From: Glaucostegus cemiculus
Taxonomy: Eukaryota
Reading direction: 5' to 3'
NCBI GenBank assembly: GCA_976551045.1
Contig: CDPCPM010000007.1
Span: 10,726,001 to 10,790,000, forward strand
DNA: 64,000 nt
Part shown: positions 27,301 to 42,300 of the stretch, in pieces
Layout of the letters: each line of letters starts with the position of its first letter
How positions within the stretch are numbered: the stretch's first letter is position 1
Made by a program: the position numbers and the translations under genes
Notes under the pieces: model-generated
What the model was told of the DNA's origin: nothing
The model's database searches: none
What the model saw: only the letters and a program-made list of their open reading frames with translations

Positions 27301-30300
27301 AATGCAATGACAGCCATTAATAATTTCAACTATACAGTGTTAAACATCAAGATTCACACTGCCCAACCTCTGCAAAAAGTTATCAGCAAAAATTAAAGAA
27401 GTATCTGGCAACTAAACAAGTCAATATTATAATAGGTTCAATTAAAGTCTCAGGAAGAAATTTTTCTTATACTATGAAGTTATATTTTAAAATGTTTAGT
27501 TGTATGAAAGCACTGTCTTTTCCCAATATGTCCTATGTAAATTACATTGAAGACTAACCAATACTGTAATTTTCTTATTTTAGTATCCAACCCTATGCTT
27601 TCCAACTGCTCAGAATGGTTGGATGGTTTGCAGAGCAACTTGATTCATTCATCAGGGATGACCCCAAGCTTCCAGTTGCCAGTGACTTTTATTCTCCAAT
27701 CCACTCTGACCTGTCTGTTTGTGGCCTTCTGCACTGTTCCAACAAGGCCCAATACCAGGTTCTCTTAATTCTACTCAATTCCGTGAAGGCAAATTTCAGC
27801 ATCCCAATCCATCACTATCATTATTCCAGGATTCCAATCTAAAGCTCCCAAATGCAGTTAAATCACATTACGCCTTGCCTCTAGTACTAATTATTAGATG
27901 TTTATACATCTATACAGAACCGTAGCATATCTTGGACAGCTGTCCACAGTATTTGCAGTTTCAAAGTATAAAGGATTAAATTATAAATAATACATGATTT
28001 GGAACAAGCATATATATTCCTTTGAGGAAAATTGGTCCAACCATGCATTACTTAAGAAATCAAAGTTAGTATTAAATCCAAGGAAAAGGCTTGTAATGAT
28101 GCCATAAAATGCTTTTACAATTTGGCAAAGAATGACCAACAAATCAGTAAAGACAGGGAAGCTAGAACATGAGAGTAAGTAGTGAGCAGCATAAAAACAG
28201 ACCTCTATAAGGTGTGTAAAATGAAGTGATTAGCTAGAACAAATGTGGGTCCTCTACAGACAAATGTGCACTATTTACAATGGGGAATAACGAACATGTT
28301 CAGAAATTAAACAAATATATTGTGTCTGCCTTCATGGAAGACAAAGAACCACCCAAAAATAGTGGAGATCCAAAGGTCTAATGCAAATAACAAAATAAAT
28401 GAATAAGTATTAGTGGAAAAAAAAATCAGAGAAATTAGTGAACCTGTGAACTGATAAATGCCAAGGAATTGGCATGATCCACATCCCAGAGGTTTGAAAG
28501 GGATAGCTATAGAGATAGTAATTATTTTGGTTATCATCTCCAACAATTCTATGATTCTAGAGAGGGTCCTGCAGGCCTGACTATAGCAAACATAACTCCA
28601 ATTGCTCAAGAAAGGAGGGGAAAGAGGAAAAAAAACCACAATCTATCCATCTGTTAGCCCAACCCTGGTAATAAGGAAATACTGGAAATCGTAATAAAAG
28701 ATGTGATATGAAGACACTTAGAAAATAATAATAATCTGACTGTGCAAAGTGAATGTGGATTTATAAAACAGAAATAGTATTTGACCACTGAAGTTCATTG
28801 AGGGCAAATATGAGGAAAACCAATTAAAGTGTTGAACCTGGATTTTCAGAAAAATTCATGGTATTTAATTTCCTTAGTTATCCCTGTTGTCCTTCCTCAA
28901 GAAAGGAACAACATTGACTCTTCTCCAGTATTCTGGGACCTCTCCCAATTTAGCAATTTCACCTGAGGATCTAAATATCTCACCTTATATTTATAGACTC
29001 CTTAGCTAGAGGAAACATCCTCACCAATTCTGTCTTGTTGAGTTCTCTTAGTGCATTTCAATGAGCTCACCTTTCTTTCTTCTAAACTCCAGAGAAAGAG
29101 GCCGAGCCTACTAAAACTCTTTACGTGACCAAATTCTGAGGAACAGGATTTACTCCCATTTGGAAAGCATGGAAGTCTATTAGGGATAATCAGCATGGCT
29201 TGGTGTGGGAAAGGTCCTGTCTCAAATTTGATTGAGTTTTCTCTGGAGTATCAGAGGTTGAGGGGCGACCTGTCAGAGTCCTTTTTCCCCAGGGTCAAAA
29301 TATTAAGTACTAGAGGGTATAGGTTCAATGTGACAGGGGAAAAGTTTAAAGGGGATTTGCGAGACAAGTTTTTGCTTTTACGTGAAGAATATTGGGTGCC
29401 TAGAACATGCTGCAGGGGAGGTGGTAGAAGCAGATATGATAGCATCATTTAAGAGGTATTTAGACAGACACATGAACAGGCAAGGGATAGAGGGATATGG
29501 ACCACATGCAGGTAGATAGGATTAGTTAGGTTGGTATAATGGTTGGCACAGATAGGGTGGACCCAAACATGATGGGCCAAAGGGCCTCTTCCTGTGCTGT
29601 ACTGTTCTAAGTTCCATGTCCAAATAAGAAGAAATCTCTTTTCAGGCTTGAAAGGCCAAATGGCCTACTCTCCTTATGTTCTTAAAAAGAGGAATGAATA
29701 TATAAACATTAAATATAAAGATCCATTATTCACAATTTTCATTACAATGGATAAAAATAAAATCAGAAAAATCAATGCTTACAAATTAAAAAGATAATTT
29801 AAGCATTTTTAAAATCAATGCAAGTTACTCAGTCACAGTCAGTAAGTGGTTCTGATATCTATGCACAAACATAATCAGCCAACGGCCAGAAAGCAGTGAA
29901 TTCTCTGACACAATGATCCCCACAAGCTATTTATCAAAACTAAGCCAAATTCTTGTCTTTTAGGTTATGGTGTCTTTGATTCAAAAGGCATTTCATTGTA
30001 ATGGTAAAGGGCATAAAGTAAAACAAATTGACTGGCAGTGCTTGGAACAGAATAAACAATAAAATTTGTAACCTCTTGTACAGGCCATACAAAAACTAGA
30101 AACATTTCCCCAGAACTGTAATCTATCACACTGAACTTAAAACATTTCAACTACTTTTAACTAAATTTCTACTTTACAATATTGGTTGCAAAATTACGGA
30201 TAATCCAAAAACAAAACTAATTTATCAGAAGATTGTACTGCATTTAACCTTTATGGCAAGTTCTTTCTAAACTGCATTATGATATTGCATAACTACTTTG

Positions 30301-33300
30301 GTAAAATGAATCCAAATTTGCTCAAAGTTTTACAATATTTATCATTTATAAATACAACTCACATGTCAAAATGACGTAAACAGCTCCTTTCAGCATATAT
30401 TTCAGCTCCTTCTCCCTTGCCATCTCAATGGCCTTGATAAAGACCCCTTCCCAAGAGTAAAGCTTCAAAAGCTGGAAGATAATTACAGTGTAGATTCAAT
30501 AACAACAACTTAACTCTTTTGAACTGATTATTTACATGTTCTGGTAAAAAGGCATTGATTGTAAGTGTAAAGGACATAAAATAAAACTTGAAAGGTAGTA
30601 TTTGGAACAGAATAATCAATAAAACTCATAACACCTCTTCTAGAGGCCTCGCAAAAGGTAAAAGCATTCCCCCAGAATTGTAATCTATCACTCTGAAATT
30701 AAAATATTTGCTAAGAGCACCTCAGCTGCCCATTCTACACACTCAATATGCTGCAGAGCACTACAGAGCTATTCCTAATATCTGACTGGCAGACAGGGCA
30801 AGTAGATTCAATTATACCTGCACAAGAAAAGGAAATTTATCTAAACTATTTATATAACCCTATCATCATATCTCAGGATGGAGTGCACACTCAATTATTC
30901 AGTAGTGGACCAAGTATATCCAGATTTTCAGGATTGTTAAAATATTCTGGGAAACCATGAAAAGGATGTTTAAAAAAAATGTGGAAATCCAGGTACTCAC
31001 ATAGCACAAATCATTTCAAAGTATTTTATTTCAAGCTATTTAATGTAACTTCAACCTGACAAAGTTCAAATCACTACAAAATTTAAATTAAGCATTTTTT
31101 TAAGTGATGATTTAGTCAAAGATTCATGGAGTTACACAGCATGGAAACATTGTCCCTCCAGATCAAGATGCCCAATCCCATTGATCCGCATTTGGCCCAT
31201 ATCCTTCTAAACATTTCCTACTCATGTATCCAAATCTCTTTTAGACACTAATTCTATATGCCTCTACCACCTCCCCTTGGTAGCTCATTCCATAAACCCA
31301 CCAACGCTGGCGTCGAGAAACTTGCCCCTCAGGTCCACTTTAAATCTTTCCCCTCTCACCTCAGACCTATGCCTTCTAGTTTTAGACTCCCCTAACCTGG
31401 GAAAAAGACTGACCATCTCCGTTATCTATGCCGCTCATTTTGTAAACCTCTAAAAAGGTCACCCTTCATCTTTCTTTGCTCCAGGGAAAACAGTCCCAGT
31501 TTATCCAATCTCTCCTTATAACTCAAGCCCTCCAGTCCTGGCACCATTCCTGTGAATATTTTCTGCACCTTCTCTAGCTTAATCATATCCTTCCTATAAT
31601 GTGATGACCAGAACTGCACACAATACTCCAAGTATAGCCTAACCAACCATTAATACAACTGTAACAAGACATTCCAACTCCTTTAATCAATGCCTCATGT
31701 GATGGAGGCATACCATACACCTTCTTCACTATTTTATCTACCAGTGTCGCCACTTTCAGGGAACTTGTACTTGTACCCCAATGTGTTGCTGTGCATTAAT
31801 ACTTCCCAGGGCCTTGCCATTCACTGTGCACAACCTGGACTCGTCTAACTTTTCTCAAAATGTATCACTTCATACTTGTCAGAGTTGAATTTCATCAGAC
31901 ATTCCCTTTCCCCACATTTCCAGTTGATCTAAATCCTGTTATAACCTTAAACAGTCTTCTTCACTGTCCATCATACCACCAATTTTGGTGGTCATCTGCA
32001 AACTTATTAATCATGCCACTTACATTTTCTTCCAAATCATTAATATAACTGAGGAACAATAAAGAAACCAGTATCGATCCCTGTGGCTCACCAGTCACAG
32101 GTCTCCAACCTGAAAAGCAACCCTCCAATTCCAGCATCTGCTAAATTGGTTTAATATTGTCACATGCACCGAGGTACAGTGGAAAAACTTTGTTTTGCAA
32201 TGCCATACATACAGATCAGTACATCAAGGTAGTACAAGGGAAAACAATAACAGAATGCAGAGTAAAAGTGTTACAGTTACAGAGAAAGTGCAGTGCAGTC
32301 AGATAATAAGGTGCAAGGCCATGATGAGGTACATTGTGAAGTCAAGAGTCCATCTTATCACATAAGGGGACAGTTGAATACTCTTATTACAGTGGGATAG
32401 ACACTGTCTTTGAGCCTGGTGATTTGCGCTTTCAGGCTTTTGTTGCTTCTATCCGATGGGGTGGGGTAAAGAGTAGAGAATGTCTGGGGTGGGTAGGGTT
32501 TTTGATTACATTGGCTGCTTTACCAAGGCAGTGAGAAGTGTAGACAGAATTTACGGAGGAGAGGCAGGTTTTCGTGATGTGCTGAGCTGTGTCCACAATT
32601 CTCTGCAGTTTCTTGCTGTCTCGGGCAGAGCAGTTGGCATACCAAGCTGTGATGCATCCGGATAGGATGCTATGATGCATTTGTAAAAACTGGCAAGGGT
32701 CAATGGGAACATAATGAATTTCTTTAGCCTCCTAGGGAAGTAGAGACACTGATGCACTTCCTTGGCCATGGCATCTATAGCCGTGGTGAATCTTAAGCAC
32801 TGATTAATTGAATATTTGAGTAGTATGTTTATCTTCATTTGGAAGGATCATTCTAAGGCAGCATTCTAAAAATTGAAGCCTCAAGAGGCTTTAGAGGAGA
32901 CCAAGTCCTTATTCCTTTTATTTCATAGCTGAGAACATTTTTCTTTGGTGTTCCTTTCAAACACCTACTTAGCTGAAGATAGCTATATTATTCAAATATT
33001 TATTTAATCAGCACTGAAGGTTCACTATGGATACACTACTTAAATTCTCAGAATTCAACAAATACTGCAAAATGCTAAAGACACAAAATTAATAGCAAAG
33101 CTAATCTCTAACATTAAATACTTGCATTCCAATGATCATCAATCAAAGTATAGAAACATTCTTGAAGGCTTACTACCATTGTACTCACAGCCATTTAGCT
33201 AAAATTATTCATTTCATATGACATAAAAGTACAGCCTCCCCGGAATGTAGCATCCATGGAGTGTGGACTTTGTTGAGTAAGGGGACGATTTATTTTCACC

Positions 33301-36300
33301 TTAAAAGTTAATTTAATTTAGTTTTGCATTTAGGTTTGCTTAACCTTGTAGTTGTAAACTGCAGTGATAAAAAAAAGTGGTGAACAAGTTTTGCTGGTAA
33401 TTGGGTAACCAGCTAGAACCAATTAATTAAAGTAAGGTGATACAAAAATATTGATACCTTGAAATTTAAATCTGTGGTCTCATATAAAAGGACAGCATGA
33501 TTTAGCACAATATCACCTGAGTACATGGGCTGTGGAGTATAGACTTTGATGAATAAGGGATAACTTTGAAGGTGAGAGAATTAAATAAATAATTTGAGAC
33601 ATGCAATGCAGGTGAAGTGTTGCAGCTACAGCACACAGGAGTTGAGGAAACCACACATCTATGGGAAGCACATTTACAGAAATGGATGAGCAAACTAACC
33701 ACAGCACTGTCATATTGGGGGCCATTCAAGTTGGGGGAGTGAAAAGCAATGTAACTACAACATCTCCTATTGGTATTAAAGGGGGAGGGGCTACAGATAC
33801 ACTCTCGCTTCTGCAGTCAAGAGGTTCCTACTTCTTCAAAAAGACATCTATTGTATCAGTGCCCAAGAAGAGCATGGCGACCTGCCTCAATGACTATCAT
33901 CAGGTAGCACTTACATCAACCATAATTATGTGCTTCGAGAGGTTGGTCATGGCGCAAATCAACTGCTGCCTCAGAGACCTGGATCTACTCCAATTTGTCT
34001 ACCGCCACAACAGGTCAATAACAGACGCAATTTCTCTGGCTCTTCACTCTGCTCTGGACCACCTGGACAACAGGAACTCATACGTCAGGCTGCTGTTCAT
34101 CAACTGACCAGAACAAAACATGACAAACTTTTGGACTTAAATGTCCCAGAAGTCAGTTTCACAACTCCTGAAAAAATTGCAATAAATTAAAAATTGGCTC
34201 ATAAGGCGGCACGATAGCGTAGTGGTTAGCGTGACGCGGTTACAGCGCCAGCAATCGGGGTTCGATTCCCGTCGCTGACTGTCAGGAGTTTATATGTTCT
34301 CCCGTGTCTGCATGGGTTTCCTCCGGGTGCTCCGGTTTCCTCCCACATTCCAAAGACGTACGGGTAGGTTAATTTGGGGGTTGAAAATGGGCAGTGCGGA
34401 CTCATTGGGCCAAAAGGGCCTGTTACCACGCTGTAAATAAAAAATTTTTTAAAAAACTACAGCTCGGCGTTCAACATAATCATCCCATCCAAACTCATCA
34501 TCAATCTTCAAGACCTGGGCCTCCCTCTGCAACTGGATACTCAACTTCCTCATTGGCGGACCTCAATCAGTGGGGATTGGTAACATCTCCTCCTCGCTGG
34601 TCATCAACACAGGTGCACCTCAAGGCTGCGTGCTTTGCTCCCTGCTCTAACTCCCTATACACACATATCCTTTATACAAGGGGGCCATAAATGTCCTCCA
34701 TTGCTAGAGCCAGGCCGCTGTCAGCAGCTGTCACAGACCTCTGGCATGTCACACTCCCTATCACTCAAGGCAAGATCTTGCTTGACCACTTCCAATCTCC
34801 ATCTTCATCGCCAAATACTACATAGTCACATGAACGTAATCTTTGTACACCTGCACAATGGGGGAGGCTATAAAGCAGGTGAATAGCTTTGCTTGTTCAT
34901 GTGTGCTGAAGGAAAAGTGGATGAAGAGTAGAGAATTTGGGCGACATCGCTAATGCAACAGTGAACAGAAAAGCTTGAGATGTGCCAGAGATCAGCAGCA
35001 GAGGCCTGGAATGATTCAGAGGATAGGAAGCTGAGAGTGCCCATGACATACCCTGCACAAACAAGGCAGTCAAGGCACAGATAATGTTATATTTGAGGTG
35101 AAAGGAAATCAGAGCTTAGAGGGAAAAGATTTCAGATGGTTAGTAAAATCTGACTGTTCTAAAAGTAAATAAGGAGTGCCCCTGTTCAAACAAGTGATGA
35201 TGAAAATCCCACTGTAAATAAATTCTGGGTGTTAAACCAACACTATTTGGAGGAGTTTTACACCAGACAAAAAGGTGCTAAGATACACATACACTACTGA
35301 AGGGTTAGGAGTTAAATATCACCACTGACTTTTTGATTCTCAAAGTTGAGCACATATTGCCTTATGAGCCAATTTTTAATTTATTGCACTTTTTTTTAGG
35401 AGTTGTGAAACTGACTTCTGGGACATTTAAGTCCAAAAGCTTGTCATGTTTTGTCCTGGACAGTAAAACTTCATTATAACCATACCCAACCACCATGCTC
35501 CAGATTTAGTTTCGAATAAGGTGAAGCCTTGGAGTCATGAGCTGAAACGTTTCTGCATTCAGCCACCTCCCAACATCAACCATGGTACAGATGTGGTTAG
35601 TCAAGACTCAGAAGCTTTGAACTTCTTAGGTTTTTTCACAGAGAATAGTTTTGATCTAGTTTTCCCTAGGACTGAAGGGAATGCTACCATGGTCACAATA
35701 ATTAAAGTGATTATTATATGACTTTGAAAATGGCAGTTTCTAAACTATGGGGAGTAACCTAATAAGCAGGATTCAAGACAGCTCTGCTCCATGTCTTCGA
35801 TTGATTTTGGGAACAAGCCACTGGAAAGCTCATCAGATCAGTAGCAAAAATTCCAAGTTATTTGTAATCATAGTGATAAAGTCAGGGAGTCCTACTGCAC
35901 AGAAACAGCCCTCTGGCCCACCATATCTATGCCACCTGTTGTACCTAAACAGTCCCATTCACCCACATTAGGTATGGGCTTTCTATGCCTTGACAATTCA
36001 AGTACTTGATAAGATGCTTCTTAAGCGTCATAAGAGTACATGCTTCCACCACCTCTTCAGACAGTGTGTTCCAGACTCGAACTACCTTTTGTGCAAAAAA
36101 AATTTCCCCTCAGATCCCCTCCAAACCTCTACCTCTCACCTTAAACCTGATTACATACCCCTCACCCAGATAACTAATCCAGGTGGGCTGTTAGGCTTAT
36201 ATTCAAGTCAAAATGAAACAGTAGTTGTACAACAGTAAAGTATGAAAGTAAATAGTATTCTTTTAACATAAAACAGTGGATTGAATTTTCCAAGATAATA

Positions 36301-39300
36301 GTTTATGTGAATTGTTTTTCCAAGTTCAAATAGGATGCAGAATTGCATTGACTAACCCTGTATAGCAGTCATTACCTTTATGTTCTGCAGCATTTCGTGG
36401 GACTTCTTGATCCGGTCGTCTGAACACTTCATTGTTTTTTGTTGTATAGAAATAAATTTTTTTGCCATTAAGTACTGAAGAGGGGTGAGCAGGATAATGA
36501 TAGATATTCCTATCAAAGCACTGTATCCCAGTTGCAGATAGAGTAACAGAATTGTCAGTATAATCTGAAATCAAGATACAAGTAATGCATTAAGTAGAAA
36601 AATTATTGGTATAGTACAAGATATATAAAAAATGGTTTCATGAAATTGTAATTGTAACAAAGGGTTTAAAAACCCTTCCATCCAGTCCATCTTCTCAATG
36701 CATTGCTTCAGGAAGGTAAATAATATTGTCAAGGATGCCCGCCACCCTGGCCATCCCCTTTCTCTCTTCTACCTTCTGGGAGAAGATACAGGAGCTTGAA
36801 AGCCTGAATGATGAGACTTAAGAACAGCTTCTTCCCTGCTGCTATAAGACTTCTGAATAAACCGCCTCTTTCATATCTCCTTCCTAGTAGTGCCTTCACA
36901 TTCTCAGACTCTTAATTCTACCTCTCTCAGTTGTTCCATTATTGTCACTTCAGCATTTATTTTTGCACTACTTCAGATTGCACTACTATCTTTGCACCAT
37001 TTTGTTGTTTTGCACTCGCTGTATTTATGTTTGTATTTATTATTTATCAGGTATACCATTTGCTCTGTGAGCTTCATGTGAGCAAGGAATTTCATCCTAC
37101 CCTGGTGTATATGACAATAAACTAGTATGAATCTGAAATTTCACCTCCTTTTTGTCTTTAAACATACAGGGATTGTTAGCAATCATTGCATTCAATGCTT
37201 GTCCCTAATTATCCTTGAGAAGACGGTCCTAAGATGCTTTCTTGGATTGATGCAGTTTGTGGGATTAAGGTACATCCAAAGTAGTATCAGTAAGGGAGCT
37301 ACAGCATATTATTGTGGCTTCATCAAAATATTTCAAAGTAAAGATGGTATGCAATTTTGGAGAACATGGAGATAGCTGTGCTAAAATACACACTATGCCT
37401 GTGACCTAAAGGTTGATAAACATTGCCCTTTTTTGCTGTGATATCTGAATATTTTGACTGTGCTGCTGCAGAACTTTAGTTGTTCCAACAATTGCTTACT
37501 AATTTTTTTTTTCAATATTCCTGACAGCAAATGGAAAGTTTTCTATTTTGTCACTAAGCTGATCAATTTTGGAAATTTCCAGGAAAATTATTCCATGGGT
37601 TTCAAAATTTACATATTGTAATCTACACACACTAACAGTTAAACTGCTTTAGCAAACTGAGGCTTCTTTTCAATTAAAAATGAGAATTTCTCAAGTCATT
37701 GGATTTCCTCATCACTAACTTCACATCATCAGTTAGTGTTCTACTTATCAGCTTTTCAGTGGAAAAGTGCAAAGAGAAATGATGATCAATTAACTAATGG
37801 CTCAATTTCCCCTCAAAAATGCCTGCAGTTCTCCCTATGTAACTGTTAGGAAGCTTGGAACTCCGTACAAGTGTACCTGAATGTGGATGTTTCAAATTTC
37901 CTGAGAAGTTTTAGCTGTTGTAATTACAATTGTATTCTGATATTCGATGGTGAAAAGTCAACTTCCTGCAGCTTCCCAGAAGTTGTGCTGCCCCAACTAC
38001 AAGTTCAGTGACTCTATTCACTTCAATGGAGAGCTGTAGCTACAGTTATAGAGGTAATTTTCAGATGATTTACATATTTTAAATTGATTTAACTTGACAT
38101 ATGTAATTTTTGAAAAAGTTTCAACTATTTAATTTAAATTTTATCAATAATGTTTTTATAATAATGACTTTTTAAAATATTTTTGCTTTCAAATTCTTGA
38201 TCATTTTGACAATTAATACACCTGGGTACATAGCATACTTAGCTAGCTGTCAAAGCATTTGTGGGCATTTGTGTCCACATCCTTAAGGTATGTCAGTTCC
38301 AGTACGTTTAAGGGGAGACTGCTGCAATTCCTCCAAATTACTGAGGTGTGATCTATGTATACTAAAGTAACCCAGAGGAGGCAAGGCCACTTTACAAAAC
38401 CTTTCCCATAAAAGCAATCTATTCATTTAGCTTTTATAATGTTGACATACCTGTAATGGAATTGCAATCACATAGAATCCCACAAATGCCACCATCATTA
38501 TTTGATATGTGTCCACTGACATGTGATTGATAACCTGGCCCATTGTCAGATGATCTCCACTGAAGACCCACACTGGCAGTGACAATGCTTTCAAATAAAT
38601 CATGGCCTAGAAAAATAACATGGAAATGCCTTCATATTTCTGATTTTAAAAAAAATTATTCATTTAATGGCATGGGGCCCTTCCTGACTGATTTATGTGG
38701 TGGAGTTTTTCTGCTAGGGGTACACCCAATATTGTTGGTTAGTAAATTCCAGGATATATTTCTAAATCAGGATGGTGTGTGACTGGGAAGGGGATCTGCA
38801 GGTTTTGGTACTTCATGCACTAGATGCCCTCGTGCATTTTGGGGGAGTGGAAGCTGAGAGTGTGGGAAGTACCATCAGAGTAGATGAGGCAAACTATTTA
38901 AATGTAAAGTTTGTGTATGCAATAAACACTACTTATTCAAAGCCACAAAACATACCAATGAAAGCAACACATTGGCCACACCATTTACAGAGGGCAGAGT
39001 GGTAGGGTCAATGGCCTGAAAATTTAGTAAGGTCTGGCAAAAAGGGAAAGCAGAGATATTGCTATATTTAACATTAGGATAATTAGAATTTTTCACTGCC
39101 TGACAACCAAGGTGAAAACTTGCTAGCTGTCAGAGAAGATAGTCCTAAAAGGCAACAGCTGAAGTTCACAAGATAGTGCATGGCAATTCAGAACATCAGA
39201 GATGGTACATGTGAGTGGAGGTGGTGAAGAGAGAAAGGCCAAGCCCAATCTGTAACAAATCACACAGGCCTCAGGGCAGAAATCCCCATCTTGAGGTTAG

Positions 39301-42300
39301 GGGTTGGAAGCTGGGAAAAGGGAACAGACAGTGGAAGGTGTTGGGAAGCTTACTGGGGGGTGGTGGGGGTGGGGAAGCAGATTGTGTTTGGTTTCCTTGG
39401 GAGTTTGAGGCTATGGTGGGGATGCATACCAGCTCCTTGTGCTCCAAGTAGTGCTGGAATAATCATTCAACTGCTGAATCAGAAGTGCTTACTTCACTCT
39501 AGTTGTTGTACTTCCCAATCCCTGAAGAACCTGAACTACGGCCGTCTGCTAAAATTTGGTGCACCCAATCTTGCTTTATCTGTTTAATCTCCAACTCTTT
39601 CACCCCCACCCCTTCCTCATTCCTCCAGGAGAAAGAAGAACAAGAAGGAATGGGAAGGAAGAATGAAGCTCTAATACAAGGTCAACCTGAAACACTAGCT
39701 CTGCTTTTCTCTCCACAATTGTTGCCTGACCTGAGTACCTCCAACATCTTCTCTTTTTATTTTACAATAGAGGGAAAAGAGACAAAGAGATTGAAATTGG
39801 GTTCAGGTCTCCATTCCTAAGTCCCAGACAAATGAAAGGCTTTAAAGAATGGCTAACAAACAATCTGCTGGAAGAACTCAGCAGATGGAACAGCATCTAT
39901 GAGAGGAAAGAAATTGGTGCTGTTTTAGGTCAAAACCCTGCATCAGCATCATCAATTTCTTTCTTCCCACAGATGCTTCTTGACCCACTAAGATCCTCCA
40001 GCACATTATTTGTTGCTCCAGATCCCAGCATCTGAAGTCTCTTGTCTCTCTATTAAAGAATGGCTACTTTGTTTCTTTTTTTTTTTAAAAAAGGCATAGG
40101 TGAGCACTGGACTAACACAAAATAAGAGCAGAGGAAAACGTCAATAGCCAGAGAGGAGAATAGGATAAAATGAAAGCATCTTACCTGCAGACCTGATTTT
40201 ATGCGTATTCCATCTCGCACAACAATGTAAAAAGATGTCTGTTGGCAAAAGTAACGAAAGAGCACTGCGCACAGCATCAAGAATGCCAGAATGTAGCCAT
40301 TATTAGTAAATTCCCAGAAACTCACAAAATGTATTCCCTATGTAAAATTAGGATATAGAACACCATTAATTAAACTTGTCCCATGCCTCCATAAACAGAT
40401 ACATTTAGTTGAGCATGTAGGTATTCCATTTTACATTCAGCTTTTTGATCCTCATCTGCTTATCATCATTTAATAATGAAAATCAGCTTAATCCTAAGAG
40501 AACCCAAGCAAGCAAATTCTGTTGGTTCCTGTGCTCAACAAAAAAAAATACAAGCTGTTGTTATCAAAAGTATGATTGGAACAATAGATGACACAGGAAA
40601 TTGATACAAGGGAATGCTGTAACTTGTTCTTTTCAACTTAAACACAATACAACACAGAATCACAGAATTATTAATGATAAACCAACTAGGATTGACAAGG
40701 CTAGGAGAATTTTTGAACAACATAAAAACTAAGTACATAAATGTATTTTTAAGCTTCCTGGATAGTAACTGTTCGAAGAACGGGATTAATTAGGTCTTCA
40801 GTAACTTCAAGATGGATGTGCAGTTATACAGTGGATGCTCAATCAGCAACTAACTTGAAGATCTCATAAGTCATCTGAGCAAATTACCTGAATGCAATAC
40901 AAGAAGCATGCAGACTCATTTACTTTATTCACATTGCAAGGCTTGTGTGTTCTACTTTATGAATTTAAAAAAAGTAAGCTGGTTTTAAATTTATGGGCTG
41001 AAAGATACTTTGCTTTTGCTGGTGTGTGGTTAGGAAACCACAAGGTGCTCTTTGCAGCATGGCCCTGATCTCCATTCCAGCACGTTGCAGTGCACAGAGT
41101 TTAACTGATGGCTCATTTAAATTTTCCACTCTGCCACGAGACTCATCTATAAGTCCAGGGGTGGAAGTCTGTTGTGCTACTCTAGGAGACAGCTGCACTT
41201 TTACCCAGCCCCTCAACGTTAATCAGTCACAGTGGAAGGAAAAGTGTAAGAGTGTTTCTTTATTTTACAATATGTTTTAATTAAATTTATACCATGTGTT
41301 TTAAGTAAATTTACTACTTAATGTTTTTGATAAGATTTCTCAAGTTAATACCCATTTCCAGGATCTGTGTGTTACTGGCAAGGCCACCATTTATTGCCCA
41401 CCCTTAAATGCCCATGATATGGTGGTACTAAGCCACCATCATGAACCACTACAGTCCTTCTGCTGAAAGTACTCCCACATTGAAGCTGGGTGGGGGGATA
41501 GTATTTTGCCATGATGGAAGACACTACTATCAGCTCCCATTCAAGCTGCACACCATCCAGAGTTGGAAGCATATGACCTGTTGTCCTTATTCTTCTTGGT
41601 GCTAGAGATTGTATGTTTGGGAGCTTCTGTCAGAGTAGCCTTGGCAAGTAAATGCAGTGCAACCACTGTGCACCAGTAGTGGAGAGAATGAACCTTTAAG
41701 TTTGTTGATTAGTTGCTTTGACCCAGATGGTGTTGAGCATCTTGAGTTACTGGAGCTGCACAAATGCAGGCAAATAGACTGTGCTCCATCATTTTGTGAC
41801 TTGTGCCTTGCAGGTGGCAGAAAGGTCTTGGGTGTCAGGAGGCAAGTCACTTGCTGTAGGATACCCAAATTCTGGCCTGATATTATAGCTACAGCATTTC
41901 TGTGACTCTGATAGATGGTGACCCAGGATATTGGTGGGGACCTGGTGATAGTGATTCCATTGATTGTCAAGGGCAGATAGTTAGATTCTCTTTTGTTGGA
42001 GATGGTAATTGCGTGGTACTTGTGAAATGAATGTTACCTGCCACTTATCAGCTTGTGCCTGAATGTTGTCCAGCTCTTCCTCTATGTAGGCACTGGCTGA
42101 TTCATATGCTGAAGTGCAGAACATTCTTGCTTCTGACCTTTTCAATGGAAGGAAGGTCAGTGATGAAACAGCTGAAGGTGGATGGGCCTAGGATACTGCC
42201 AGAGGAACTGCTACAGTGATGTCCTGCGACTGGGATGATGAACCACTCAACTTTAACTTTCTTCGTATGACTCAAAACCACTTGATGCCCAAAGGCCAGT

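Noticed and set aside
34208-34275. tRNA-like sequence with A and B boxes
   Set aside because: It is the head of a V-SINE. There is no complete cloverleaf and it runs directly into the V-domain.
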